Source: Rikenellaceae bacterium
Lineage (GTDB): Bacteria > Bacteroidota > Bacteroidia > Bacteroidales > Rikenellaceae
Assembly (NCBI GenBank): GCA_015059905.1
Contig: SUZN01000002.1
Coordinates: forward strand, 65,742 to 129,741
Length of the DNA stretch: 64,000 bases
Direction of reading: 5' to 3'
Below the pieces are notes generated by a model. It had not been told where the DNA came from. It worked only from the letters and a program-made list of their open reading frames with translations, and ran no database searches. A program made the position numbers and the translations under genes. Of this stretch, positions 35,674-45,859 are shown piece after piece. Position 1 is the stretch's first letter; every line of letters starts with the position of its first letter.

Positions 35674-36285
35674 TTATTTTCTTCTTGCCGTAGCGCCCAC
35701 CTTGATGCCTGGATAGCTCTGGATAACGCTTGCCATCATCTGGAGCGTAGAGTTCTCCTTGTAGGTCTTTGTCTGCGATAAAATCGCAATAAGCTCATTT
35801 GCATCGAAGAGAACGGTCACCTGACCATCCTTGATGGTGGCGTAACCCGTAACGATAATTTTCTTGCCGTTATGCTCGCCCGTGATGATAGCCTTGCCCG
35901 CCGATGGGATGTAGGTGTAGGTGGCGTTTGCCTTCTTGCCAGCACTTACAGCTAAAATCTTCGACTTCTTGATTGTCACATAGTCCTGACCTGGCACTAC
36001 GCCAAACTTCTGCGCTAAGCCTGGGATTTGACCCTTGATAGTAGAGATTGCGAGTGAAGCCAATGCATCGTTGCCCTCATACACAATCTGTGGCTCGGTG
36101 TAAATCCAAGTACCGAGAACCTCCTTCTCGGTTGGATATACAGGCTTCTCCTCTGCCTGCTGGGTAGTGGTAGAACCAAACAGACCACTCAAACCCTTGA
36201 GCAGGTCGCCAAACGACTGCGCCTGCACGTTGCCCACAGAGAGTGTAGCCAAAGCAAAAATCGCTATATATATAACTCTTTTCAT
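35674..36285 (-). CDS. DUF4923-like lipocalin-type secreted protein (paralogue 2)
   Basis: Signal peptide and a GTWIYTEPQIVYEG...LAS motif. Its layout parallels the adjacent gene. Confidence 0.6.
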   Translation of the reverse strand: MKRVIYIAIFALATLSVGNVQAQSFGDLLKGLSGLFGSTTTQQAEEKPVYPTEKEVLGTWIYTEPQIVYEGNDALASLAISTIKGQIPGLAQKFGVVPGQDYVTIKKSKILAVSAGKKANATYTYIPSAGKAIITGEHNGKKIIVTGYATIKDGQVTVLFDANELIAILSQTKTYKENSTLQMMASVIQSYPGIKVGATARRK

Positions 36286-36291
36286 CTGCTG

Positions 36292-36906
36292 TTATTTTGA
36301 GAATTCGAAACCAATCTTAATGCTGTTGTAGCTTTTCAAAAGCTCGGTGATTGTTGAGAGTGAATCAACTGATGAGCCGAGGGCTGTAACGATATTGAGC
36401 AACTTATCCATTGGGAATACAATCTGCAAGTTTGTGCCGTTCATATAGGCATAGGCAGGAATTGCACCAATGTTTACAAGGCTTGCACCCTGTGTGTTGC
36501 CGCCATACTTGAGCGATAGCGCATTTGTCTTTGCATCGAATGTGTATGTGCCAGAGAATGTGCGCTGACCGAATGTTGATGAGAATGTGCCATCCTCGTT
36601 CAAAACGAATTTGCATACGCCTGGCTTAATACCAACCTTCTCGTAGAAAGGGGCAATCTTGCCCTGAATAGATGTTGTCGCAGCGGCAGCGGTCAATTCT
36701 GAAAGTGTGTTGTCAGATGAGAGCTTCACGCCTGGCTGTGAGTAGTTCCAGGTGCCGATAATGGTCTTTGCAGTGAGCTCGCCACCTGTGAGTTTGTTGA
36801 TAGCAGTTGATGCTACGCCCTTCAGAGCGTTCAACCAGTTCTGTGCCTGTGCCTGCGACGCTGACAAACAGATAGCCGCAAGCGAGAGAATAATAAGTTT
36901 CTTCAT
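36292..36906 (-). CDS. DUF4923-like lipocalin-type secreted protein (paralogue 1)
   Basis: Signal peptide and a GTWNYSQPGVKLSSDN...LSEL motif. Same length and architecture as the 35674..36285 gene. Confidence 0.6.
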   Translation of the reverse strand: MKKLIILSLAAICLSASQAQAQNWLNALKGVASTAINKLTGGELTAKTIIGTWNYSQPGVKLSSDNTLSELTAAAATTSIQGKIAPFYEKVGIKPGVCKFVLNEDGTFSSTFGQRTFSGTYTFDAKTNALSLKYGGNTQGASLVNIGAIPAYAYMNGTNLQIVFPMDKLLNIVTALGSSVDSLSTITELLKSYNSIKIGFEFSK

Positions 36907-36918
36907 AATATTAACTAT

Positions 36919-38838
36919 TTATAATTTATTACATTCATTTAACCATATCTGTGCTGATGCATCCGACGGCATCTGCCAATCGCCACGAGGTGACAATCCT
37001 ACGCTACCGACCTTCACACCGTCGGGAGAAGCAGAGCGCTTGAACTGTTGCGTAAAGAAACGACGGAAGAAGGTCTTTATCCACTTGATGATTGTATCGC
37101 GGTCGTACCTCTTATCAAACGCGCGTTCTGCCAAAAATAGTATCTTTGCTGGCGAGAAACCGTTGTGAATGAAGTTGTAGAGGAAGAAATCGTGCAACTC
37201 ATAAGGACCCACCAAATCCTCCGTTTTCTGCTTTATCTCGCCTTCATCGCTTGCAGGAAGGAGCTCGGGACTAACGGGCGTAGCGACAACATCGTGCAAC
37301 GCGTGGCTTACCTTCGCGTTTGGCTCGTTCTCTGCCGCCCACGTTACAACCTCTCTTACCAACGTCTTTGGGACGGTGCAGTTTACGCCATACATCGACA
37401 TCTGGTCACCGTTGTATGTTGCCCAGCCTAGAGCCAACTCGCTCAAATCGCCTGTGCCGATGACCATACCGCCACATTGGTTTGCGACATCCATCAATAT
37501 CTGCGTGCGCTCGCGCGCCTGTGCATTCTCAAACGTCACAGACCTGTCACCCTCGGCAAGACCTATGTCAGCAAAGTGCTGACGACATGCTGCCGCGATA
37601 GATATCTCACGGAAAGTGATACCCAACTCCTTGATGAGCGTCACAGCGTTGTTATATGTGCGGTCGGTAGTGCCGAAGCCAGGCATTGTAACACCTACAA
37701 TTCCCTTGCGGTCGAGACCCAGTTTGTCAAAAGCACTAACCGTCACAAGCAGAGCCAGAGTAGAGTCCAAACCGCCCGAGATACCCACCACCGCACTGCG
37801 GCACGAGGTGTGCTGAAGGCGTTTTGCAAGACCCAAAGTCTGCGTCTCGAAGATGTCAAGACAACGCTTGTTACGTTTTTGCTCATCGCTCGGGATAAAT
37901 GGCATTGCATCAACCTCACGATCGAGCAGATACTCATTGCCATTATCATTATATAGCGTTATGTCGCTTATTGTGAATTCATCACTTGAATAAGTGTCGA
38001 TGATTGTATTGCGTATCTTTCGCTGATGACCGATTAACTCTACATCTACATCGGCAACAATCAACTGCTCCTCAAACGAAAAATGTGTTGCAGCGTTAAT
38101 TAACTTGCCGCACTCCGCTACAATCGCATCTCCAGCATATACGCAGTCGGTCGTGGATTCGCCAAAGCCAGCAGAAGAATAGACACAAGCTGCCTTTAGA
38201 CTTCTTGAGTGGGCTAATATAAGCTCTTGTGTCTGCTCATACTCTCCTGCAGTGTGGATAGTTGCTGCGAGGTTACAGATAACCTTTGCGCCATTCTCTA
38301 CGGCTAAGACTGATGGTGGCAGCAGGGCGCTGAAATCTTCACCTATCTCTACTCCAAACTTCACTCCATTAACCTCAAAGAGTTGGTTTGTGCCAAAGAG
38401 AACATCCTGACTTGCGAAGCCATTTATTATGCGACCCTCGACACCCATTCCAGAGGTAAACCAGCGGCTCTCTGCCTTTGAGATATGCTGTTTGGGGACA
38501 ATGCCCATCACTGCGCCATTGGCAACCACCGCTGCACAGTTATATATGTTGTCGCCAACCGCTACGGGCAATCCGACAACTGCTGCGATATCAATATCGT
38601 GGCTTGCCAATATGATGCGCTTCAATGCGCGCTCGGCAGCCTCCAACAAGATTGGCTGCTGAATGATGTCACCACACGTTGCCGATGTGATTGACAACTC
38701 TGGAAAGACCACCACGCGCACACTGCGTTTGGCAGCCTGCTCCATCATAGCAATGATGCGCTCACTATTGTAGTCGCAGTCGGCAACGCGCACCGAAGGC
38801 ACGGCGGCAGCGACCTTAATAAATCCCAAATTTTTCAT
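36919..38838 (-). CDS. nadE: Glutamine-dependent NAD+ synthetase
   Basis: N-terminal CN-hydrolase domain (VVFPELS) plus a C-terminal NAD synthase domain with the SGGLDS P-loop. 639 aa. Confidence 0.9.
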   Translation of the reverse strand: MKNLGFIKVAAAVPSVRVADCDYNSERIIAMMEQAAKRSVRVVVFPELSITSATCGDIIQQPILLEAAERALKRIILASHDIDIAAVVGLPVAVGDNIYNCAAVVANGAVMGIVPKQHISKAESRWFTSGMGVEGRIINGFASQDVLFGTNQLFEVNGVKFGVEIGEDFSALLPPSVLAVENGAKVICNLAATIHTAGEYEQTQELILAHSRSLKAACVYSSAGFGESTTDCVYAGDAIVAECGKLINAATHFSFEEQLIVADVDVELIGHQRKIRNTIIDTYSSDEFTISDITLYNDNGNEYLLDREVDAMPFIPSDEQKRNKRCLDIFETQTLGLAKRLQHTSCRSAVVGISGGLDSTLALLVTVSAFDKLGLDRKGIVGVTMPGFGTTDRTYNNAVTLIKELGITFREISIAAACRQHFADIGLAEGDRSVTFENAQARERTQILMDVANQCGGMVIGTGDLSELALGWATYNGDQMSMYGVNCTVPKTLVREVVTWAAENEPNAKVSHALHDVVATPVSPELLPASDEGEIKQKTEDLVGPYELHDFFLYNFIHNGFSPAKILFLAERAFDKRYDRDTIIKWIKTFFRRFFTQQFKRSASPDGVKVGSVGLSPRGDWQMPSDASAQIWLNECNKL

Positions 38839-39353
38839 TACTCTTTTTTAATATATGCGTTCTCTATCTCCAACACATAGACTTTATGGTAGTCGCCATT
38901 GGCGTACCAGTTGTCTATGATATCCTTCTGAAGAAAATTCTCTTCCTTGAGCATATCGGTGTAGAGTTTGCGGCACTCCAGCACCAGGCGCGCCTCCCTA
39001 AACGTAGGCGTTCCCTGCTTGGTAAATACAGTGGTAAGTCCTGCGTTTAAGATTTTATCCTCATCCTTGCCAGAGTGTGTGCCGCAATAGGCGAGGGCTG
39101 GACGGTGCTCCTCTTCAAAGAATGAGAGTGTCATTCGCTCCTGCTGCTCTGTAAAGGCGAAGGTGTGACGCTGTGGGCGAATGTATGCTATTGCCACAGG
39201 CTTGTTCCATAGATAACCTACGCCACCCCAAGAGGCAGTCATCGTGTTGCACTCCGACTCATCGCCCGCCGTGACAAGCATCCAATCAGCACCAATCAGC
39301 TTGATAAAGTTGTCGCTAATCTCCGCTGGGATAATCTTCTTGAATTCTTTCAT
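38838..39353 (-). CDS. Flavin reductase-like (flavoredoxin) family protein
   Basis: 171 aa. The ...LIGADWMLVTAGD....NTMTASWGG pattern is typical of the flavin reductase-like domain. Its stop overlaps the nadE start. Confidence 0.7.
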   Translation of the reverse strand: MKEFKKIIPAEISDNFIKLIGADWMLVTAGDESECNTMTASWGGVGYLWNKPVAIAYIRPQRHTFAFTEQQERMTLSFFEEEHRPALAYCGTHSGKDEDKILNAGLTTVFTKQGTPTFREARLVLECRKLYTDMLKEENFLQKDIIDNWYANGDYHKVYVLEIENAYIKKE

Positions 39354-39360
39354 ATGAGAG

Positions 39361-40578
39361 TTATTTCGCCCAAAGTTGAGCCAAGTTGATAATCACCTGC
39401 GTAGCCTTCTGCATTGTCTGCAATGAGCAATACTCAAACTTGCCGTGAAAGTTCATACCACCTGTGAAGATGTTTGGACAAGGCAGACCCATAAACGACA
39501 GACGAGCGCCATCCGTACCGCCACGAATAGGCTTGATTGTAGGCTCAACATCTGCCTGACGCATAGCCTCCATAGCCTTCTCGATAACCTGTGGATGTGG
39601 AGCAACCATCTTGCGCATATTGAAATACTGGTCCTTCAGAACAAGCTTCAGTACATTCTCGCCATAACGCTTCTGCAACAAATCCACACAGCTCCACATC
39701 AATACCTTCTTCTGCTCGAACTTCTCGCTGTCGTGATCGCGGATGATGTATGAGAGCTTCGCATTCTCCACCGTACCATTGAAGCCTACGCAGTGGAAGA
39801 AACCCTCGTAGCCAGTGGTATATTCTGGACGCTGCACCGCAGGCAACAATGCGTTCAACTCGCAAGCCACCTGGATAGCGTTAATCATCTTGTCCTTTGC
39901 ATAGCCTGGGTGTACATTACGACCCTGAATCTCGATTGTTGCCGCAGCTGCATTGAAGTTCTCATACTCCAACTCGCCCTCGGCACTGCCATCCATCGTG
40001 TAGGCAAAGTCGGCACCAAATGCCGCTACATCGAAGTAATCCACACCTCGACCAATCTCCTCGTCTGGCGTGAAGCCTATGCGAATCTTACCGTGCTGAA
40101 TTTCGGGGTGCGACATCAGGTACTCTGCTGCTGTCATAATCTCGGCACAGCCCGCCTTGTCGTCAGCACCCAAAAGGGTAGTACCATCGGTGTGAATAAG
40201 GGTGTGACCCACAAAGCCCTTCAGCTCGGGGAACTCCTCTACCTTCATCGTCAGTGCAGCGTTGAGCTGAATATCTTCGCCATCGTAGCACTCGATGATG
40301 CGTGGCTTAACATCCTTGCCACTCATATCGGGCGATGTATCAACGTGAGAGATAAAACCAATCACAGGAGCATTCTCATAGCCCTTTGTTGCGGGTATTG
40401 TACCCATTGCATAGCCATACATATCAACCGTCACGTCCACCATACCGAGCGAGCGCATCTCGTCAGCCAGATAATTCAGCAGTACGAGTTGCTTGTCAGT
40501 TGATGGGAATGTGTTGCTGTTCTCGTCTGACTGTGTATCAAACGAAACATATTTCAAAAATCTATCTTTCAGTTCCAT
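39361..40578 (-). CDS. pepT: Peptidase T (tripeptide aminopeptidase, M20B)
   Basis: RFLKYVSFDTQSDE N-terminus, with HVDTSPD and GADDKAG metal-ligand motifs. Confidence 0.9.
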   Translation of the reverse strand: MELKDRFLKYVSFDTQSDENSNTFPSTDKQLVLLNYLADEMRSLGMVDVTVDMYGYAMGTIPATKGYENAPVIGFISHVDTSPDMSGKDVKPRIIECYDGEDIQLNAALTMKVEEFPELKGFVGHTLIHTDGTTLLGADDKAGCAEIMTAAEYLMSHPEIQHGKIRIGFTPDEEIGRGVDYFDVAAFGADFAYTMDGSAEGELEYENFNAAAATIEIQGRNVHPGYAKDKMINAIQVACELNALLPAVQRPEYTTGYEGFFHCVGFNGTVENAKLSYIIRDHDSEKFEQKKVLMWSCVDLLQKRYGENVLKLVLKDQYFNMRKMVAPHPQVIEKAMEAMRQADVEPTIKPIRGGTDGARLSFMGLPCPNIFTGGMNFHGKFEYCSLQTMQKATQVIINLAQLWAK

Positions 40579-40601
40579 AATATTATGTTTTCAAAGTGTT
40601 T

Positions 40602-42545
40602 TTACTCCTCCTTCTTTGCGCGCATAGTGTGCCAGGTCATATAAACGATAAGCACGATATACATCACCAGACCCAACCACTCGGCATCCTTCGTAGCTGC
40701 CCACTCGGTCATATACCACTCTGCACCAGCAAACTTAAGCACAGCCGATATAACACCCATCAACGCACCACCTGCGATAAAGCCCGATGCGATAAGTGTA
40801 CCCTGGTCGAAACGAGCCTTGTTTAGCTTCTCATCCTTTGAGCGAGATGATACAAACCAAGCAATCAAACCACCCACAACCAGCGGAGCATTCAGATACA
40901 TTGGTATGAACATGCCCAGCGAGAATGCCAACGCAGGAACACCGATAGCTGTCAAAACAAGTGCCAACGCTGCGCCCATAAAGTAGAGTATCCAAGGTGT
41001 TGAGCCACCCGTCATCAAAGGCTGAATTACTGCCGCCATAGCATTTGCCTGTGGAGCTACGAGGGCGTTCTCGCCTGTAAAGCCATAAGTATCATTCAAC
41101 ACAAGCATTACACCTGCAACGGTAGCTGCCGAAACGAATGTACCGAGGAACTTCCATCCCTCCTGCTTGCGAGGTGTTGTTCCCAACCAGTAACCAATTT
41201 TAAGGTCGGTAATAAAACCACCTGCCATAGAGAGCGCTGTGCAGACAACACCACCGATAATCAGGGCAGCTGTCATACCCTCTGCGCCATTCAAGCCTAC
41301 GCTAACCAATACCAATGAGCTTAAAATCAAGGTCATCAGAGTCATACCCGATACAGGGTTTGTACCCACGATGGCAATAGCATTTGCCGCAACTGTGGTA
41401 AAGAGGAATGCAATCACAAAAACGATAAGCAATGCTACAATGCTCTGTGTGAAATTGCCCAGCAGACCAAAGTGGAAGAATACCCAGCAAGAGATAAGAG
41501 CCGCTATTAAGACTGACAAAATCAGCTTCATAGGTAAATCCTGCTGTGTGCGCTCGATGATAACCGACTTCACATCTTTCTTTGCCGAGAGCTCGCTCAC
41601 AGCCAAACCAACAGCCTGACGAATGATGCCAGCCTGACGGATGATACCAATCAAACCAGCCATCGCGATACCACCGATACCGATAGGACGACCATAGTCG
41701 GTAAAGATTGACTCTGGAGTAAGTGCCGCTGCATCAGGTGCGATAGAACCAATGAGTGGCACAATCAAAAACCACACAAGGCAAGAACCTGCTGTGATGA
41801 TTACGGCATACTTCAAACCGATGATATAACCCAAACCCAATACGGCTGCGCCTGTATTAAGTGAGAATACAACCTTAAACTTATCGGCACACATCGCACC
41901 AAATGCTGTCAGACGGGTTGATACAACCTCTGTCCAGGCGCCGAATGTGCTCACCGCAAAGTCATACAAACCACCAATCAAACCAGCCACAGCAAGTAAC
42001 TTTGCCTGGTTGCCGCCCTTCTCGCCCGAAACGAGCACCTCGGTAGTGGCAGTTGCCTCTGGGAATGGATATTTACCGTGCATCTCCTTCACGAAATACT
42101 TTCTAAATGGAATCAAAAGCACGATACCAAGCACACCTCCCAACAATGAAGAAAGGAAAATCTGATAGAAAGCAGCATCCAGACCGAGGATGTAGAGTGC
42201 TGGCAATGTGAAGATTGCACCCGCCACAATCACGCCCGAAGATGCTCCGATAGACTGAATAATAATATTCTGACCCAGCATATTCTTCTTGCCAAGTGCT
42301 GTACCCATACCCACTGCGATGATTGCGATAGGAATGGCAGCCTCAAATACCTGTCCAACCTTCAGACCGAGGAAGGCAGCCGCAGCCGAGAAAATGATTG
42401 CCATCAATACGCCCATACCCACAGAGTAGGGTGTAACCTCGGCAGGGGTAGATTCAGCCGACATCAAAGGCTTGTACTCCTCGCCAGCCTTCAACTCGCG
42501 ATAGGCGTTATCGGGGAGTGAGATGTTTGTTTTGTTTTGTTCCAT
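40602..42545 (-). CDS. OPT-family oligopeptide transporter
   Basis: 647 aa with about 16 TM helices. The N-terminal LPDNAYRELKAGEEYKP segment is typical of bacterial OPT proteins. It lies upstream of pepT in the same orientation. Confidence 0.8.
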   Translation of the reverse strand: MEQNKTNISLPDNAYRELKAGEEYKPLMSAESTPAEVTPYSVGMGVLMAIIFSAAAAFLGLKVGQVFEAAIPIAIIAVGMGTALGKKNMLGQNIIIQSIGASSGVIVAGAIFTLPALYILGLDAAFYQIFLSSLLGGVLGIVLLIPFRKYFVKEMHGKYPFPEATATTEVLVSGEKGGNQAKLLAVAGLIGGLYDFAVSTFGAWTEVVSTRLTAFGAMCADKFKVVFSLNTGAAVLGLGYIIGLKYAVIITAGSCLVWFLIVPLIGSIAPDAAALTPESIFTDYGRPIGIGGIAMAGLIGIIRQAGIIRQAVGLAVSELSAKKDVKSVIIERTQQDLPMKLILSVLIAALISCWVFFHFGLLGNFTQSIVALLIVFVIAFLFTTVAANAIAIVGTNPVSGMTLMTLILSSLVLVSVGLNGAEGMTAALIIGGVVCTALSMAGGFITDLKIGYWLGTTPRKQEGWKFLGTFVSAATVAGVMLVLNDTYGFTGENALVAPQANAMAAVIQPLMTGGSTPWILYFMGAALALVLTAIGVPALAFSLGMFIPMYLNAPLVVGGLIAWFVSSRSKDEKLNKARFDQGTLIASGFIAGGALMGVISAVLKFAGAEWYMTEWAATKDAEWLGLVMYIVLIVYMTWHTMRAKKEE

Positions 42546-42627
42546 TTTTATAATTGTTTTTGTTAATAATTTTCACTTTCGTGCGAATTTCTCTCCTTTG
42601 GAGAGAGTTACATACCAATCCAATATA

Positions 42628-42635
42628 CAAAAGTA
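42628..42635 (-). promoter_or_regulatory. -7 box (TACTTTTG on the minus strand) for the OPT-pepT-nadE gene string
   Basis: Exact TAnnTTTG match about 83 nt upstream of the ATG at 42545. Confidence 0.4.
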
Positions 42636-42702
42636 TGAAAAAAAGTGAAAAAAGAAAATATTTGCTAAAGAAATCTATTTGCAACTACGACCGAAAAAAA
42701 CG

Positions 42703-42710
42703 TATATTTG
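42703..42710 (+). promoter_or_regulatory. -7 box (TATATTTG) for the GH88-like gene
   Basis: Exact TAnnTTTG match 26 nt upstream of the ATG at 42736. Confidence 0.45.
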
Positions 42711-42735
42711 TAAAAACCTAACAAACTGCTTTATT

Positions 42736-43878
42736 ATGAGAGGAGTATTTGCTACGCTGTTTGTTGCCGCTTTGTTGGCAGTTGCTACACCAAGTCACGC
42801 ATCACTTAAGCGCGATTTGAAAAGGGCTTTGAAGTGTTCTGTTGAGCAGAAACGCGCCCAAGCCGAGTATATTATACCCCAAGAGGGTAAAATCGTGGTA
42901 TCATACAAAGATGGAGCAATAAAAACCGCAAATATCCATAATTGGGTGAGTGGTTTTCTGCCCGCCACATTGTGGTTGCTGTATGATTTCTCGCACGATG
43001 AGCAGATAAAAGAGTATGCCGAGATATTGACTCGTCGGCAAGAGGGTGTGAAAAACTATGCTCGCACTCACGACTTGGGATTTATGGTCTATTGTCCATT
43101 CGGCAATGCTTATCGCATAACACAAGAGCTTTATTATAAGGATGTTATCAAACAAACAGCCGCTACACTTGCCACTCGTTTTACGCCAGCAGTCGGAGCA
43201 ATTCGCTCGTGGGATACGGGTCGCAAAAGTAATAGAGAGAACGATTATATGGTTATCATTGACAATATGATGAATCTTGAGATGCTGGAGTGGTGTGGCT
43301 ATCATTCAATAGCAAGAAAACACGCCGACACCACGCTGAAAAACCACTTCCGCGAGGATGGAAGCGCCTATCATATTGTGGTCTATAATGAGAATACGGG
43401 CAAGATAGTAGAGACACGTTCGGGACAAGGCGAATCAACCACATCAGCGTGGGCGCGAGGTCAGTCGTGGGGGTTGTATGGCTTTACGATGATGTACAGA
43501 ATGAGTGGCGATGAACGTTATTTGCAGCAGGCAGAGCGAATTGCTAACTACTTGATTTCAAGGATTGAGGGCGATTATATTCCAAATTGGGACTACGACT
43601 CTATAATCAAACAAAAAGACTCATCAGCAGGTGCAATTATGGCTTCGGCATTGCTGGAACTATATTCAATCACGGGAAATAAAACTTATCGCCGCACAGC
43701 CGAGCGCCAGCTGAAGGCGCTGATTTCGGATGAGTATATGGCAAAGCTGGGCGAGAATGGTAATTTTATTCTGAAGCACGGCGTGGGTAATCTTCCAGGA
43801 AATTCAGAGGTGGATGTGCCCTTATCGTATGGAGATTACTATTTTGTTGAAGCTGCACTGCGTTATTTGAGTATGTAA
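42736..43878 (+). CDS. Glycoside hydrolase family 88-like (unsaturated glucuronyl hydrolase), secreted
   Basis: Signal peptide. VIIDNMMNLEML and RGQSWGLYGF motifs resemble GH88. Start refined to 42736. Confidence 0.65.
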   Translation: MRGVFATLFVAALLAVATPSHASLKRDLKRALKCSVEQKRAQAEYIIPQEGKIVVSYKDGAIKTANIHNWVSGFLPATLWLLYDFSHDEQIKEYAEILTRRQEGVKNYARTHDLGFMVYCPFGNAYRITQELYYKDVIKQTAATLATRFTPAVGAIRSWDTGRKSNRENDYMVIIDNMMNLEMLEWCGYHSIARKHADTTLKNHFREDGSAYHIVVYNENTGKIVETRSGQGESTTSAWARGQSWGLYGFTMMYRMSGDERYLQQAERIANYLISRIEGDYIPNWDYDSIIKQKDSSAGAIMASALLELYSITGNKTYRRTAERQLKALISDEYMAKLGENGNFILKHGVGNLPGNSEVDVPLSYGDYYFVEAALRYLSM

Positions 43879-43890
43879 ATAGTTTGCTGT

Positions 43891-43936
43891 AAAAATGGGG
43901 GCGTCCTTTTGTACAAAAGTGACACCCCCATTTTTT
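43891..43936. terminator. Bidirectional terminator
   Basis: 11-bp stem atgggggcgtc / gacacccccat with one mismatch, flanked by A5 and T6. Confidence 0.65.
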
Positions 43937-43950
43937 GTTACCAGGTTAGC

Positions 43951-45024
43951 TTAAATAAACTTTTCGCCATTCTCAAAACGCACATCGTCGATGTAATTTT
44001 TGATGCTCTGCTCTTCGCTGCGAGGGCATATCAAAAGTGCGTCAGGTGTATCAACTATAATGTAGTCTTTCAGACCATTAACCACCGCTATCTTACCTTT
44101 TGGTAGAGATATGAAAGTGCGCTCGGTGGAGTAGGTGTAGCACGCCTCGGCAACCACTGCATTTTCGTACTTATCCTTCTCTGAAAGTTGATAAACCGAG
44201 CCCCAGGTTCCAACATCACTCCAACCGAAATCTCCGCAACGGACATACACATTGTCTGCCTTCTCCATTACACCGTAATCAATAGAAATGGCCTTGCACT
44301 CCGAAAAGACCTGTTCAATGGCTGTTTTTTCACGCTCGGTGCCATAGTCATTCAATATAGAACTAAAGAGCGCGTGATGCTCTGGCAGGTGGTGCTGAAA
44401 CGCCTCCACTATCGCTTTAACTGACCAAATGAAAATGCCTGAATTCCAGAAGAATTCGCCACACTCTACAAATGTCTGCGCAAGCTCCAGATTAGGTTTC
44501 TCGGTGAAGCATTTTACACGGCTGATTCGCTCATTGTTTGACTTCTGAATATAACCATATCCTGTCTCGGGACGTGTGGGCTGAATACCCACAGTCATCA
44601 ATGCCCCCTCGGCTGTCGCAAACTCCAGACATTCATTGATAATTGATTGGAAATCAGGCTCATTCAAGACCAAATGGTCTGATGGAGTTACAATCATACG
44701 CGCATCAGGGTCTTGTTTTAGCAGCGAGTAGGCTGCGTAAGCAATGCAGGGGGCTGTATTACGACCTATTGGCTCACACAAAACCTGCTTGTCAGTCAGT
44801 TCTGGCAAATGTTCCAGAACAAGCTCCTTGTAGCTTTGATTTGTAACCACCAAAAAATTCTCCTTAGGGACAATCGGCAGGAAGCGCTCAAATGTAGAAC
44901 GGATAAACGACTTGCCTGTTCCAAGAATATCGAGGAACTGCTTTGGCATAGTTTTACGGCTTTTGGGCCAAAATCGGGCACCAACACCACCCGCCATAAT
45001 GACGCAATATGTGTTTTTTACCAT
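43951..45024 (-). CDS. Mannose-1-phosphate guanylyltransferase (NTP-transferase only, no PMI domain)
   Basis: VIMAGGVGARFWPKSR nucleotide-binding motif. 357 aa. Confidence 0.8.
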   Translation of the reverse strand: MVKNTYCVIMAGGVGARFWPKSRKTMPKQFLDILGTGKSFIRSTFERFLPIVPKENFLVVTNQSYKELVLEHLPELTDKQVLCEPIGRNTAPCIAYAAYSLLKQDPDARMIVTPSDHLVLNEPDFQSIINECLEFATAEGALMTVGIQPTRPETGYGYIQKSNNERISRVKCFTEKPNLELAQTFVECGEFFWNSGIFIWSVKAIVEAFQHHLPEHHALFSSILNDYGTEREKTAIEQVFSECKAISIDYGVMEKADNVYVRCGDFGWSDVGTWGSVYQLSEKDKYENAVVAEACYTYSTERTFISLPKGKIAVVNGLKDYIIVDTPDALLICPRSEEQSIKNYIDDVRFENGEKFI

Positions 45025-45113
45025 ATATATTAAAAAGATTTTTTAAGAATTATACAAATATAAAAAATTATTCGTATTTTTGCCAATTATTAGAGCAATA
45101 TTTTGTAGAAAAG

Positions 45114-45830
45114 ATGAAGATTAGACTTTTTACGATACCTAACCTGCTCACACTCGGCAACTTGGTGTGTGGTGCAAGTGCAGCTATTGCCATTCTCACA
45201 AATGGCGATTTTAAGTTGGCTTTCTGGTTGATTGTTGCATCGGCTGTATTTGACTTTTTCGATGGTTTCGCTGCCCGATTATTGAAGAGTTCTTCGGCTA
45301 TCGGTGTGGAGCTTGACTCGCTTGCCGATATGGTATCTTTCGGTCTGGTGCCTGCGGTGGCTATGTTTAGCTGGTATAAGGAGGCGGTGCAGATTTCACA
45401 ACTCTCTGATTGTGTGATGGGTTGGGGCGCTTACCTCACGCTGATTATCGTTGCATTCTCGGCATTGCGATTGGCTAAATTCAATGTCGATGACACACAG
45501 AGCACCGAGTTCTGCGGCCTGCCAACTCCTGCAAACGGTCTATTCTGTCTCTCGCTGGCGATGCTTGCCCAGATGGGTGAAATTGTTGTAGCCAAGGAGA
45601 TTATCCTGCTTATCTCGGTTGTGATGGCATATCTGCTTATCAGTCCAATCAGAATGTTCGCTCTGAAATTCAAGGGCTTTGGCTGGAAGGGAAATGAGCT
45701 ACGTTACTCATTTATCGTAGCTTGCGTAGTGCTGATTGCAGCATTTACCAAGTTCGCGGTGCCTGCAATAATCTTGATTTATATCGTTATTTCCTTATTG
45801 CGCTGGATAATAAATTCCCGCAAAGCGTAG
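45114..45830 (+). CDS. pssA: CDP-diacylglycerol--serine O-phosphatidyltransferase
   Basis: CDP-alcohol phosphatidyltransferase motif DGFAARLLKSSSAIGVELDSLADMVSFG. Start refined to the ATG at 45114. Confidence 0.85.
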   Translation: MKIRLFTIPNLLTLGNLVCGASAAIAILTNGDFKLAFWLIVASAVFDFFDGFAARLLKSSSAIGVELDSLADMVSFGLVPAVAMFSWYKEAVQISQLSDCVMGWGAYLTLIIVAFSALRLAKFNVDDTQSTEFCGLPTPANGLFCLSLAMLAQMGEIVVAKEIILLISVVMAYLLISPIRMFALKFKGFGWKGNELRYSFIVACVVLIAAFTKFAVPAIILIYIVISLLRWIINSRKA

Positions 45831-45859
45831 TTATTATAGACGACACAGAGCGTAAAAGA

